From contig NC_043005.1 in assembly GCF_006345805.1 (NCBI RefSeq), positions 40,486,001 to 40,550,000 on the forward strand: a stretch of DNA of 64,000 nucleotides, in the 5' to 3' direction. A model generated the notes under the pieces. The model was not told the origin of the DNA, did no database searches, and worked only from the letters and a program-made list of their open reading frames with translations. The stretch's first letter is position 1. Each line of letters begins with the position of its first letter. The DNA is from Octopus sinensis. Lineage: Eukaryota. A program made the position numbers and the translations under genes. This document shows, piece after piece, positions 25,960-41,786 of the stretch.

Positions 25960-26900
25960 ACCAAAGACCAATTATTGATGAATAAATGAGTTTATGCGGA
26001 ATACTCAGATTGAACAGCATGATGGAAGTGCGGAAACTATAGTTGCAAAGGTACATAGAAGTGCGGCAACTGTAGTTGCAAAGAAGGTGAAGTCAATAGC
26101 GAAGCAAAATGCGTTTGAACAATTGGCTGATAGGTGGGAACAAAAATCTCTGCATGGCAAATATGTGGCCCGTAGCAAACAAGCTGATGTAGACCAGAAG
26201 CACGCCCATCAGTGGCAACGGAGATCAAAGCTAAAGGCAGTGAACGAAGGCTTTATCTTAGCTGCTCAAGATCAGAGCTTCATGACCCGGAACTATCAAA
26301 CCAATGTAATGAAAAATGATGTAGATCCAAAGTGCCGATACTGCAACGATGGGATTGAAACAGTCGACCATCTAATCTCTGGGTGTGAAGTTTTAGCACC
26401 TGTAGAGTACACATCAAAACATGACAGAGTTGGCCAATATCTACATTGGATAATGTATCGGCATTATAAGATCAAAACTGCTGACAAATGGCACAAGCAC
26501 CACCCTGAGGCTGTAACTGAGAGAGAAAATGTAACGATTCTTTTGGACTTTCCAGTATGTACAGACAGGACCATCAAAGCAAATAAACGAGATATTATTG
26601 TGAAAGACGAAAACAATAATTTCCGTTTATTGATTGACATGAGCATACCTTGTGACCATAATATCTCGAGAAAAGAATTTGATAAACTCAGAAAATATAA
26701 ATATTTGATAATCGAAATCGAAAAGAAGTAGCATCTCATGACGGTTGCAATACCAGTGATTGTAGAAACACTTAGAATGATCAAAAAAGGAACTGGAAAT
26801 TGTTTAAGAATGATCCCTGGCTTACCATCCATGCAGGAAGTACAAAAGATTGTCTTAACTGGTACATCACACGTACTCAGAAGAGCATTGTTGTAGTGAA
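25960..26900 (+). mobile_element. R4/Dong-type element 3' part with a 245-aa open segment
   Basis: ORF 25994-26731 reads EGFILAAQDQS..TRNYQ..DPKCRYC..ETVDHLISGCEVLA..HDRVGQYLHW..TDRTIKANKRDIIVKD..LLIDMSIPCD. It continues IPVIVETLRMIKKG past a stop. Confidence 0.92.
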
Positions 26901-27116
26901 TTTTCTTTCCCTTTTTCTTTGTTTATTTTCCCTCCATTTTCTCTGTCTTTCTTCCCCTTTTTCTCTATCACATGACTTTGTAAATGAATTATTTGGTGTG
27001 CTTATTTTAATGACCAACCAGTATATACAATGCGTTTCTATGTCCTGGGTGTCAAGAAGACTCTCGGCAAGAAATGGAAACAGAATTGAAAGAAGATGTT
27101 AATGAAAATAGTAGTA

Positions 27117-28330
<1,214 letters not shown>

Positions 28331-29472
28331 GGTACAAGACCAGTAATTTAAAGGGAGTAGAGTAGATAAGTCGATTACATCGACCCCCTCACACACAGTA
28401 GGAGCGTGTTTTGAGCAAGTATACGTGACAATGTTCTCAAAGCGCTGTCATGTTGGTTTAACATCAAAGGAACTGTGAGTGCAGGACTAGACGATAAGTG
28501 ACAGATCATTCAAATTAATCTCCAGTTTGCTTTGTGAAAATTGACGGAGCGAAGAGTGGCTGGTTTGCCTTTGCTATGCCGGAAACTTAAGTTGCAGTGT
28601 ACTGTGTTGTGGTCAAGGAGGAGAGAGTTTTTTCATCTAAAGTGCTGCGTTATGGATGGAACGTATGAAATGTTATTTACCAATTTCTATTTAATCACCA
28701 TTCAAAATTAGTGTCTACTTGTTGGCATAGATGCTTCAAAACACTGACAAGTTAAACCATTTGTAACATCAAACGATTGTAATTGTCAATGATACTTCCT
28801 CTTATATACACACCGTAAATAGTCATAGTTATGAAACAGGAATTTTATCTATCTTACAAAAACTACGATTTATTCACTGTTTTTTTTTTTCACCCAAAAC
28901 TTTTTAAATTTCAGAACCTATCTCATTTGTCTTAATGTATTTATTCAGCGTTAATAAACGTTCCATTTCCCTCATACATCTTCCTTACACTTTTCTCCTC
29001 TCTGGCACACACATTTTACTCCCTCTCTCTCTCTATCTTTCCCCTTTTCCCTCAATACACCTTACCAGTAATTAACATTATATACGTATCCTTTAAAAAG
29101 CTAAGATAACCCGCGTTTTAAATAGACATGCATCAAAGAACAACAGACATGACTCCAAGAACAATTACACATTACAAAAATTAGTAAGAACACCATACCC
29201 ATGTAATTCTAAAGTCCCTATTTTTTCTTTATTTAGCTTTTATTAGTATTTCTTTACTTGTTGTGCTACAGATAAATAGTCTTTGACAACTCAGATTCTT
29301 AAAATGAATTTATTGTACAAAACGGTTGTATATCGAATTGAATAAACAATAATTTATTCCATATTAACGTCTAATCTCCTTTTACGAAAAATATGACTGA
29401 ATTTGTTCGAACTTGGTTAAATCATATACTTTATATATATATATATATATAATATATATATATATAATATAT

Positions 29473-29504
<32 letters not shown>

Positions 29505-29944
29505 CATACTACATTACATACGTATATGCATATTATATAGCACCTATATTGCTAGAAATAAGAGTTAGACCCTTTAGAACTGCAATGAATAATTTTTTAT
29601 TTAAAAACCCAGAAAAGACATACATATATATATTTAGAGAGAGAGAGAGAGAGAAAAAAAAGTAGGAGAGTGATACAGAGAGAATTAACAGAAGCGGTGC
29701 AGGATGAGTACTCATACTTGCCTAGGTGGTAGGCAATGAGTAAAGGAACGCTACACATACAAAGAGACTGCCCCATTAGCGAAGCTAGAATCGCCGGACT
29801 AGACAAGTTTCGTCTGTAAATTTCAGACTTGTCAGCGGTGTCTACTTCATCACCATATGGTTTAATATCAAAGGAACTGTGAGTGCAGGACTAGACGATA
29901 AGTGACAGATCGTTCAAATTAATCTCCAGTTTGCTTTGTGAAAA

Positions 29945-30890
29945 TACATACTATTTACTTCTGTCATGTATACGTAATACATACAAAGATGCATACATGC
30001 ATGCATACATACATACATACATACATACATGCATACATACATACATACATGCATACATACATACATACATACATACATACATGCATGCATACATACATAC
30101 ATGCATACATACATACATACATACATACATACATGCATACATACATACATACATACATACATACATACATACATACATACATACATACATGCATGCATAC
30201 ATACATACATACATACATACATACATACATACATACATCATACATAATACAATATGCATACATACTACATACATCCATACATACATTGCATGCATACATA
30301 CATACATGCATACACATACATACATACATACATACATACATGCATACATACATACATAATGCATACATACATACATACATACACCATGCATACATACTAA
30401 TACATACATACATACATACATACATTACATACATACATGCATGCATACATACAACATACATACATACATAATACATACATACATACATACATGCATGCAT
30501 ACATACATACTACATACATACATACATACATACATGCATACATACATACTACAGACATACATACATACATACATACATACATACATACATACATACATAC
30601 ATACATACATACATACATGCATGCATACATACATACCATACATACATACATACATACATACAGACATACATTGCATACATAATACATACATACATACATA
30701 CATACATACATACATACATACATACATGCATACATACATACATACATACATAAAATACTACGCCGAACACCAACTCTCATACGTACATATAATACATACA
30801 TACATACATACATACATACATGCATACATACATACATACATACATACATACATACATACATACGTACGTACGTACGTACGTATGCCATAT
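29945..30890. repeat. Long degenerate (TACA)n array
   Basis: Read directly from the sequence. Confidence 0.95.
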
Positions 30891-31149
30891 TGCTTGACAG
30901 TGTAAGTGTCTAACTATTATTGTAGCAATTGCAGTCATATAATCATCATAGTTGGAACAGTTTTCTATAAATTTTTAAGGAAGTAAAAACCCTAATGAGT
31001 TATGGAGAAAGAAAGAAAAGAAGTTTACGCTGATAACGTAGAGCATCAAAGGAATATCAAAATAAAAAAAAAGTATCTCAGGAAAACATGTATTTCAATA
31101 AATATTAAATTATTGCAGTCTTTTTTTAGCAACAATCAAATACTTGTAA

Positions 31150-31211
31150 TAATACCTCCTCCTTCTTCTCCTTCTCCTCCTTTTCCTCATCCTCTTCATC
31201 ATCATCCCTTC

Positions 31212-31242
<31 letters not shown>

Positions 31243-31450
31243 TTCTTCTTCTTCTTCTTCTTCTTCTTCTTCTTCTTCTTCTTCTTCTTCTTCTTCTTCT
31301 TTTCGGCTTCTTCTTCTTTTCTTCTTCTTCTTCTTCTTCTTCTTTTCTTCTTCTTCTTCTTCTTCTTCTTCTTCTTCTTCTACTACTACTACTACTACTA
31401 CTTTTTCTTCTTCTTCTTCTTCTTCTTCTTCTTCTTCTCCCCCTCCTCCT
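31150..31450. repeat. (TTC)n/(TCC)n polypyrimidine tract
   Basis: Read directly from the sequence. Confidence 0.95.
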
Positions 31451-32317
31451 CTGTCTCTGAAATTCTTCTCTTTATCTCTTTGTATGTGTAGCGTTCCTTT
31501 ACTCATTGCCTACCACCTAGGCAAGTATGAGTACTCATCCTGCACCGCTTCTGTTAATTCTCTCTGTATCACTCTCCTACTTTTTTCTCTCTCTCTCTCT
31601 AAATATATATGTATGTCTTTTCTGGGGTTTTTTAAAATTATTATGAACCTTCCACTGAGGAGGAGCCGGTTTCCAACAAAGATACAAGGCTCCATCTTTG
31701 GGATGTAGTTAACACAGACAAATTCACATTTCGAACTTGAGAAAAGTCTTGCATATTTTTACTGTCCCACTAACAGATTGCACTTGTAATGTACGAATTA
31801 GCCGGTTGATTTCTCTTTCTGAAAATTCCAGTTTATCCAGATTCTCCTTTAAGCATTTACTAACAAGACCTAGTGCTCCAATTATTGCATGTATGTATGT
31901 ATGTACGTTGTATGGTATGTAGTATGTATTATTCTGGTATGTATGTATGTATAGTATGTATGTATGTATGTATTATGTATGTATGTATGTATATATGTAT
32001 GGTATGTATATATGTATGTATGTATGTATGTATTATGTATGTATGTATGTATGTATGTATGTATGTACGTATGTATGTATGTATGTATGCATTTATGTAT
32101 GTATCTTTGTATGTATTATGTATACATGACAGAAGTAAATAGTATGTATTATATGACAGAAGTAAATAAACACCCCATAAAACATCGTTTTATGTTTATT
32201 CTAACTTAAAATGGTTTATATATTTTTATTAATTGACATTTTTATGTTCCATGTTCTATATGTAATTGTTTAATCATGCCATATACAAAATAGGCCTTGG
32301 AACTGTCTGAATTTCAA

Positions 32318-32840
32318 AGAAGCCATGTTGTGGGTCAATCTAAAGGTGAACATAATCAGCGTAAAATCGCAGAAAATCTTGGGATCCCGATTTCTACAGT
32401 TAATAGTGATTGTGAAATTCACCACAGAGGGGAAGGAGTCACCTCACCCAGGTTGACCAAGGCTTTCTGACAGGACCCTTCTCTTTGTTAAGAGACGTAT
32501 GGAGGATAATCCCAGTTGCAAGGCCTCTGACATGTCAGTCCCAGAACAGCTGTCAAGTATCTCCACAAACTTGGTTACTATGGCAGAGCACCAAGAAGAA
32601 AGCCACTTCTTTGACCAGCCAATATCAAGAGGAGAAAAGATTGAGCCAATGAGATGATGGAGAGGCCACTAACATTTTGGGACACTGCCATATTCTCCAA
32701 TGAGTCCAGATTTGCTGTATTTTCTGATAGTGGTCGAATGTGAGTCTGGAGACTCTGTGATCAAGAATTTGGCGTGAATATATTACAGCCAATAAAGAAA
32801 CATTGCAGCTATTCTGCGATGGTCTGGGAAGCAATTAGAA
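32318..32840 (+). pseudogene. Tc1-family transposase relic
   Basis: Reads QRKIAENLGIPISTV (HTH), RTAVKYLHKLGYYGRAPRRKPLL, FWDTAIFSNESRF (the DE motif position) and SAMVWEAI. It has stops and frameshifts. Confidence 0.88.
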
Positions 32841-33708
32841 GCAATTAGTATGAAATAAGTAATCAAAACCTCTTTGAAAAAAGTTAGCCAAAAAAGAGCC
32901 TTTACCACAAGAGTACAACTTAGAAATAAGAACCCTAAGTATTAATAGGATATTGGCTTCAAATTTTGGTACAATGCCAGCAATTTCGGACGAAGCGTTA
33001 AGTCAATTACATCGATCCCATTGCTCGACTGGTACTTATTTTATCGACCTAGGAAGGATGAAAGGCAAAGTTGACCTCTGTGGCATTTGAAAATATTCCT
33101 AAAATATTAACAGTACTTTGAGGAGCTTCTTGAAACGATAAAATAATGTCAAAGAAGTTCTACCTATAATAGTATACTACAGGTACCCGTTCCTATGAAA
33201 TACTCAGCTCGCTCCATGAGCACAGATCAAACGACTTGAATACTCGGTGTAAAATCTCTTACCAGACAATTATTGTTGTTGTGGTTCAATTACCTTTTAA
33301 GGTTAGCTCGCATTTTTATAATAGCAATGTTTTATTCAAAGATATAAAGCATCTAAAAATTCAGGGGTTGGGGAAGGGGGCTGAAAACGTTTTAGGAATG
33401 GATAACGCAATTCCTGATGCTTTCCTGTGCTCATTGTCGAAACCGACGAAGAATCGATTTATATTTTCCCTTTTTATATACGTGCACAACGCAAATGCGC
33501 ATGTGTATATATGTGTGTTATGTGTTATGTATGTATGTTTGTACGTATGTATATATGTATGTATGTATGTATGTATGTACGTACTACGTACATATATACA
33601 TATATATATGCATATATATATTTATAAATACATATATATATATATATATATGCATACATGTATATATATACATATATATATATATATATACACGTATATA
33701 TCTATACG

Positions 33709-33792
<84 letters not shown>

Positions 33793-33822
33793 AATATATT
33801 ATATATATATATTATATATATA

Positions 33823-33890
<68 letters not shown>

Positions 33891-34614
33891 GATATATTGC
33901 AATGCCCAATTAAAATTGAGAGAAAAAAAAAGAGGATAAAAATTCAGACAACAATCCCTTTATATTAATAAGCTAATATTATATTTATATCAATATTAAT
34001 AACCTAACAGGTCAATTTGAAGCTTGGAAGTGCTTCTTTCTTAATAGGATTGGATAAATTTCCATATTAAAAATTCTTCCAGGGTTTTTTCTCCCACCAT
34101 ATTGATTGCCTAAAGCAAAATATACACAAATAGACACGCAAAAAAAAAAGCCTCATCAAAAAAATGAATAATATTTCTCTAAAATAGAATATTCAATGGC
34201 AGCATATATGTTTTCAAATTAAATGTTAAATAAAACTTTATGAAAATAAATTAAAGTGTATGTTCTGTGTTATTGAACTGAAGAAGAATTTCAACAGCAG
34301 TTTAATAATTATGACAATATGAAAGAGCGTCGTAACAGAGCAAATAAAATTTTGTTAATATCGGTTTCTAAAACTGGCAACACAGGTACAAAGTTGCACA
34401 TTTGGTGGAGAGGGGCACAATTGATTGAATCGACCCCAGTATTTCACTGGTATCATATATATTTTTTTTACTGTGGAAAAATGGAAAGCTTAGATTACCG
34501 CCTTAGATTTGTATTTTAGCGTATATTACCTTCATTAATTATTGCAATTGATCTTCAAATTTGGGAGATGTTTCATATCGTATATACATTGATTTGATTT
34601 ATATATGTACATAC

Positions 34615-36062
34615 GTAGACGCTGCCCTTGCTAGAGCACGTTCCGTGGACCGTGCATCTGCTCTATCCCTCTGAAACCGCCCCACCGTCTCCCACCTCAC
34701 ATTTCCCCTCACCTACCACCCTACTTCTCCAACGCACCATTCTCCGAGCCTTCCGGCGACTCCAGTCCGACCCCTCTCCTCCTTCAAACGGGCCCACAAC
34801 CTACGAAACCTCTTGGTCCACAGCTTCTTCCCTAAGCCAACCTCCCAATCCGGCTCATTCCCCTGCTACGGCCCACACTGCAGCACTTACCCTTACCTCA
34901 CCAACACCACCCTCCTCACCGGCACCCATTATCGACCCTATCATATCACCGATTCCTTCACCTGCACTTCTACCAATATCATCTACTGCATCTCCTGCTC
35001 TCTCTGCCCTTCTCTATACATCGGGCAAATGGGACGCCGCTTGGCTGACCGGCTCGCGGAATACCTCCGAGACATCCGACTCGGCAATGACACCCCAGTC
35101 TCGCGCCATTTCCGCTCTGCCGGTCACTCTTTGCAACATCTTCCTGTGTTCGGATTGTCCTTGCACAGGGGCCATCCGGACTCCCATTTGCCCCGTGAAC
35201 AGGGATTAATCTTCTCTCTTCTTTCCTTTGTACCACGTGGGCTCAACTCTCATCCCTGCTTCATCTAACCTCCTCCCTTTGCTTCTCTCGCCCTCACACC
35301 TACTTCCTCCCACCCACCTCTCCTCTCTTGCTCCGACTCCTACTTCTCTTCACTCCTACTCTCCTTCTCTCTTCTCTTCAATACTACCCACCTTTTCCTT
35401 CCCCTTCATCGACACCCCTCCCTCGTATACCCACCCCACCCTTGCACCCCACCTTCCCCCCCACCCACTCCCACATACCCGACCTCTACCCTCACCCTCC
35501 GCCTACCCACGTACCCCACCTCTACCCCCACCTCTACCCCCAACACTCAGTCTAACCCACACCCCACCCTTGCTTTCCTCACTCTCAACTCCCCCGCTTC
35601 CCAACACCATCACACTACACCACACAATACTACACCATACACCACCATACCACACAACACATCACATCACAACACACCACCACGCACAAACCAGCATTGA
35701 CCACTTCCCAGACCCGCATTTTCACACCTACACATGCACACACGCATTCGTCAAGATCACCAGCCCTCTTCCACACGCACATACATACTCTCTTATACAC
35801 ACGCACGCTTTGGGATCATCACTACTTTATTATCTCCCCTTCTACCTAGCTCTCCTGTGTGACCCTTCTGTCCGGCATTCGCCATGATAGATCGCTAGCC
35901 ACTACACATTCTTTATTTTCTCTCCTTGTTTCTTTCTGTGTTCCTTTCTGTGGAAGAGCGTAGGCTCGAAACGTTAAAGACTTTTCACTTCCCGAGCATT
36001 AAACTAATACATCTGTTTGTTGTCTACACCACCTGTCTACGTCTTTTTTTGTGAATTCTCCC
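34615..36062 (+). mobile_element. 5'-truncated Penelope-like element (Neptune-type) with GIY-YIG endonuclease and pLTR
   Basis: ORF 34813-35268 reads GSFPC..CSTY..FTCTSTNIIYCISCSLCPSLYIGQMGRRLADRLAEY..PVSRHF..GH..EQGLIFSL..PRGLN, i.e. GIY-YIG with the CCHH motif. Linker residues lie upstream. It ends at (TA)n. Confidence 0.92.
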
Positions 36063-36157
36063 TATATATATATATGTGTGTGTGTATGTGGGTGTGTATA
36101 TATATATGTATATATATGTGTGTGTATGTATATATAATATATATAATATATATATAC

Positions 36158-36212
<55 letters not shown>

Positions 36213-37102
36213 TATAATATATATATATATCTAATATATATATATTTATATATATACATATATACATATATATATATATATTTATTGATAAGTAAACTCA
36301 TTACGGCTTCAAAAAAAACAAACAAACAAAAGAAAAACATTTTCTTCCGGTGAATTAAAAATTTAAGATTGAAAATTTAAAATTTGGTTCGGAAAATGCC
36401 AAAATTGGGAATGTGTGTTAACCCACTCATTTTGGCATTCATATGCTTGCATATTTATATGGAAGTGTATGGTGAGTGTCCATACACGGTATATACACGG
36501 CTAGGCTAATCTCGACTCTAACTTAGTGTCCTTGATTTTAAAACACCTTGATTCAAATGAATCCTAGAAATGATTTATATAATTCCCTTTTTTTCCCCTT
36601 CACCGTTTTCTATATTCTCTCTCGTTCCTTCTTTCTCCTTTTCTCTCTCTCTTGTTGCTCACACATGACTATCGTCCATCTTTCTTTTCCTCACGTGATC
36701 ATCTTTCTTTTCTTTCAGGAGTGTCCTAAGGATTAGACGTATCCTATCTCTCTCTTCTATCATTTCTCTTATCAAAGAAAATATTTCTCCAGCGTTCGCT
36801 ATTTTACCCTCATTCTGGTCTAACGACCCTCCATGTTTGTTTTCATTCGGTTTCCTTGTATGTCTCCTCTGGACTGTTTTTATTCCAAACTTTGACACTT
36901 TATAAATCCCAAATTTTATTTTGGTACTTATGGTAGAACTGTCTTCGAAAACTCATATTGTCGTTGAATGCTCGAAATGAGGAGTAGATAGACAGCCGAC
37001 AACTGATGAAGGGTCATTCTTTATGTTACTTGTACTGTTTTCGATTTGTTTCTCTCGTTGTTTGCATATTGAATTAATTTGTTTTTGTATTTCATGCTGT
37101 AT

Positions 37103-38026
37103 ACTAGCTGACGTACCCGGTTATTCCAGGGAAAGCGGGGCTTATCCCTTGGTTCCGTTCTCATAATTGTTTCGCTAATCCAGTAACAACAATACAATGT
37201 ATGTAGCCCTTAAAACGGTTTTTGCGTACTTATTGAGAATACCGAACTGTCTTACACAGGATCTTGTTTTTAGGAATTCCCAATAATTTATGAATACCCA
37301 AATTGTGAAGTCAGTTATATAATAACATGAAATAACTTACCCGATAGTAAGAATTCAAATAAAGTAGCCCCTAAAAAGGCTTTAATACGTTCCCAGAGTA
37401 TATAGAACTTAGAAGGAAATACTAATAAGGTATGTATACTAAAATCGTGAAGCATGATATGTAATAACAGGCTAATCAGATATGAGATAATAACAATTCA
37501 AAGTAAATAACTCTCAAGAAAGCTTTTGTGCGTTCACAGGGAATATTACCCTCAGCGGCGCTAGTGTTGGTATATTCGTGAATAAGTCACTAACCGAAAT
37601 AAGTGGATCTATTATTTAGGAAAATACTATCTACCTGTTTAAGCATTGTACTGGATAAATTGCGAAAATAACTCAAAATGCTCAAATACTAAGAAATAAG
37701 CATACTCAATTAGATTTATATAAAATAATTTACGAAAATGAATGGGTTATTTCCCTTTGCTATATATAAGGATCCCTTTCAGGAGTGAATGGATTATTTC
37801 CCATGAATGTTTAAAAATAATATATTAGTTATGTGAAGTAGATATAAGAATCCCTTCCAGGGGCCCTATTATCGATTTTTTTTCAACAATCTAAGTATGT
37901 CACTAGTTTTCCAAACATGAATTCTACTTACGTGTCAAGTTTCATCAAAATCAATAAAAAGATGTAGGAGGCGCTAGCTAACAACATCACAAACAAACAT
38001 GCCCACAGATTTTCACAGTAGTAGAT
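37103..38026 (+). mobile_element. Non-autonomous Helitron-like element
   Basis: 5' end ACTAGCTGACGTACCCGG; 3' region AAGTTTCATCAAAATC..CAAACAAAC..GTAGTAGAT; internal ~130-bp subrepeats. A related 5' head occurs at ~18940. The classification rests on resemblance to known Helitron-derived repeats. Confidence 0.5.
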
Positions 38027-38989
38027 ATATATTTTCAAATAATATACATATAGTGTATATAATTGAAGAATGTCACACTTTTAAGAGAGAGTAACTGCTG
38101 CAACCTATGAAGATATCCGTAGGGAGGAATTAAATCATACAACAAACACACTCAGGACCTTCTCTAATGAAATAGCTATCTTGTAGATGATCACCATAGG
38201 GCATCAATGTTTTCACGTTAGGCAACTATCGTGGAAATACTGTAGACAGGGTATGCTTACGGGCCTTCGTAGTACATCTTCTTGTTTGCAGCAGGTGTAG
38301 CGGATATGCTAGCAACATTCATAAGCTGTATAACTGAAGTAAAGTGTACACTTATACAAATGCCACATACGTCATAACAAAAGATCGCGGTTAACTACCA
38401 CAGTCAGAGAAAGAAATATTGGAAATTTGAGAATTAAAGGAGTAATCATGACTTTAAAAATCCTCCCCCACAGATCCCCCAAAAAAGAAAAGAAGAAATA
38501 AATGATTTAAGCTTTACATACAATTTGCTCTACTATATTACATTGCACTGTATTAGCTTCCGTAAGTCACAACAATGCAAGTACGAAGTCACTCACAAAT
38601 ACACCCACACACTTATATATATATATATATTTTGTGTGTGTGTATGTATATATATATATATATATATACATACTAAACATATATAAGTATTTATATGTAT
38701 CTTTATATATGTATATATATATATATATGTACATATATGTATATGTGTATATATATGTATGTATGTATATATATATATATATATATATATACATACAAAC
38801 ATACAAACATACATGCATACATATATACATACATATAAACACACACACATACACACACATAATGTTCATTTATGAGACGATGTAGAACAGTTTTATGAGT
38901 AGAATCAAATAAACTAAAGTATTATCCAAAGATTCTGTCATTTTTAAAGTTTAGATGAAAGTTTATCATATTTTGAACAGGACAAGCTA

Positions 38990-39049
38990 GAAAGTATAAC
39001 TGCTCCCTACTTATGCTTACATACGAACGTACATACATACATACATACA

Positions 39050-39082
<33 letters not shown>

Positions 39083-39297
39083 GCATACAAACATACATAC
39101 ATAAATACATACATACGTAGATTGATAGATAGATACATACATACATACATAAATACATACATACATACATACATACATACATACATACATACATACATAC
39201 ATACATACATACATACATACATGCATACATACATGCATACATACATATGTTCATACACGAGTACATACATACATAGATAAATACGTCCATACATACA

Positions 39298-39328
<31 letters not shown>

Positions 39329-39780
39329 GTTCATACACGAATACATACATACATAGATAAATACGTCCATACATACATACATACATACACACATACATAC
39401 ATACATACATACATACATACATACATACATCATACATACATACATAGATAAATGCGTCCATACATGCATACATGCATGCATACATACATGCATACATACA
39501 TATGTTCATACATGAATACATACATACATACATGCATGCATACATACATGCATACATACATATGTTCATACATGAATACATACATACATACATACATACA
39601 TAAATACGTCCATACATACGTTCATACATAGATAGATAAATACGTCCATACATACGTACATATATACATACATACATACATACGTCCATACATACATACA
39701 TACATACATACATACATACATACATACATACATACATACATACATACATACATACGTCCATACATTCGTACATATGTACA
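38990..39780. repeat. (TACA)n array with higher-order 60-80 bp units
   Basis: CATATGTTCATAC-containing units recur at ~39244, ~39324, ~39499 and ~39559. Confidence 0.9.
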
Positions 39781-40119
39781 CACCAACAATTTATGCATTT
39801 TTATTGAATGTTAGTGATACGCGACGAATTGTAATTTGTTTCGTTCTACTGAACTTGTCAAACGAATTGTTAGTTGGATCGTGTAAAGGAATATATAATG
39901 GACGGATATCGTACTAACTAAAATTCGCTATTTTATTCACCGTGTTTTATTATGTCTTGAGTCAATTATTTGAAAGTGGCTGCTAGTTTCATAACTAACC
40001 TTTTGTGTACAAATATATATACGTACATATGTATATGTGTTTATACATGTGTATTTCGTACAGTATACTTCATAGATGCGTAACTCAACGTAACGGTTCG
40101 CACACATTCATACATACAT

Positions 40120-40154
<35 letters not shown>

Positions 40155-40234
40155 GTCAGACAGACAGACACACATATGCTTACATATATATATGTGCAAA
40201 TCATTTTGCAGCGCTGACTCCAGTAGGTGGCACG

Positions 40235-40430
40235 TTTAGAGAGAATGGGACTCCGAAGCAACCCCCTTGTGATAAGCAGGAAATGGAAAGCGTCCGCCTC
40301 ATAAACCTTAACTGAGATTCAAAGGTTGCATTAAGAAACCCTTGAAGAAAACTAACATCTCGGAAAAGGGACTGGCAAAAAATTGCAAGATGGACGAAAG
40401 CAATATATGGCGGAAAGGATGCTAGAAAGA
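40235..40430 (+). mobile_element. RTE-clade LINE ORF 3' fragment
   Basis: Reads [30 protein letters not shown], the typical RTE C-terminus. Confidence 0.7.
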
Positions 40431-40516
40431 GGATGGCCATGATATTTCTAAGAATGTATGTATGTATGTATGTATGTATGTATGTATGTATGTATGTATG
40501 TATGTATGTATGTATG

Positions 40517-40791
<275 letters not shown>

Positions 40792-41742
40792 GTATACGCA
40801 CACATACATATATATGCATGTATGTATGTATACACATAATAGAAACAGCTGGTAAGTAATATAATTTTTATTTTACTTATATTTCCATATTTCGGTTCAA
40901 ATTTTTTTTATGTGGTATACATATCTTTGCTCTGTTCAGTTCACGCGGATACAAAGTAAGAACATTGTTTCCCTATTCAGCCATTGTACAGTCACAGAGA
41001 TAAATGGTCTTGTTTAGATAAACTATAATTGTATTGTCTAGAATTATGCGTGTCTACTCATCTTTCTGTATCGTTTCTTTCCTGCGAGAAACTAGCTAGC
41101 AAATCTCAATAGGTGTTTATAATAACAGTCTTTCAATCCTAACCTCTCCAAACACAGTTTAAACTTTCTAAACAGAAAACTAATAACACTAACACTGATT
41201 CATTATGAATCTGATATATGCTGGGTAGACAGCAAATTCCTCTTCAGCCATTCATCTGTGGGCTCTAAAATACAGCAAAATCCAACTTTCTATAAAAAAG
41301 ATTATCATTATCTGAATGTGACACACCTACTCACACAGTCCGTTCCACGCTTGACTGAATGCTTGACCGAACTATAAACAATAATAGAATTCCAACATCA
41401 AACCAAGCAAAATCTCCTCACAACAACATTCTATCAACCCACACCCTACAAATAAATGTTTCATCATATCCTAATCTTTCCCTTTCCCTACACATCTATT
41501 TCACTCACCAATCTATCCCACATTTCACTATACTGTGCTGCAGTTGGTCCGTATATAGTGGCTTGAAAATCTGATAGACGTGATCCCGTTGATCACCTTG
41601 TTGTCTGTTTATATGTGAAATCACCGAATTGAAAATAGGTGTTGTTCACGATAATGGTCAGGAGTTAATGGATGTCTGAACACGTGAAACCGAAACAGTA
41701 AAGGCTACAAGAAATGATGCAGTCTGCGTTTTGGCTGATAGT

Positions 41743-41786
<44 letters not shown>

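Noticed and set aside
29914-30905. Regular (TACA)n arrays with variant spacers as a possible CRISPR-like or coding repeat
   Set aside because: There are no unique spacers or constant repeat units; this is a degenerate tetranucleotide microsatellite.
34628-35887. Long Pro/Ser/Thr-rich ORFs (193 aa and 219 aa) as host genes
   Set aside because: They are alternative frames and the low-complexity 3' UTR of the Penelope-like element.
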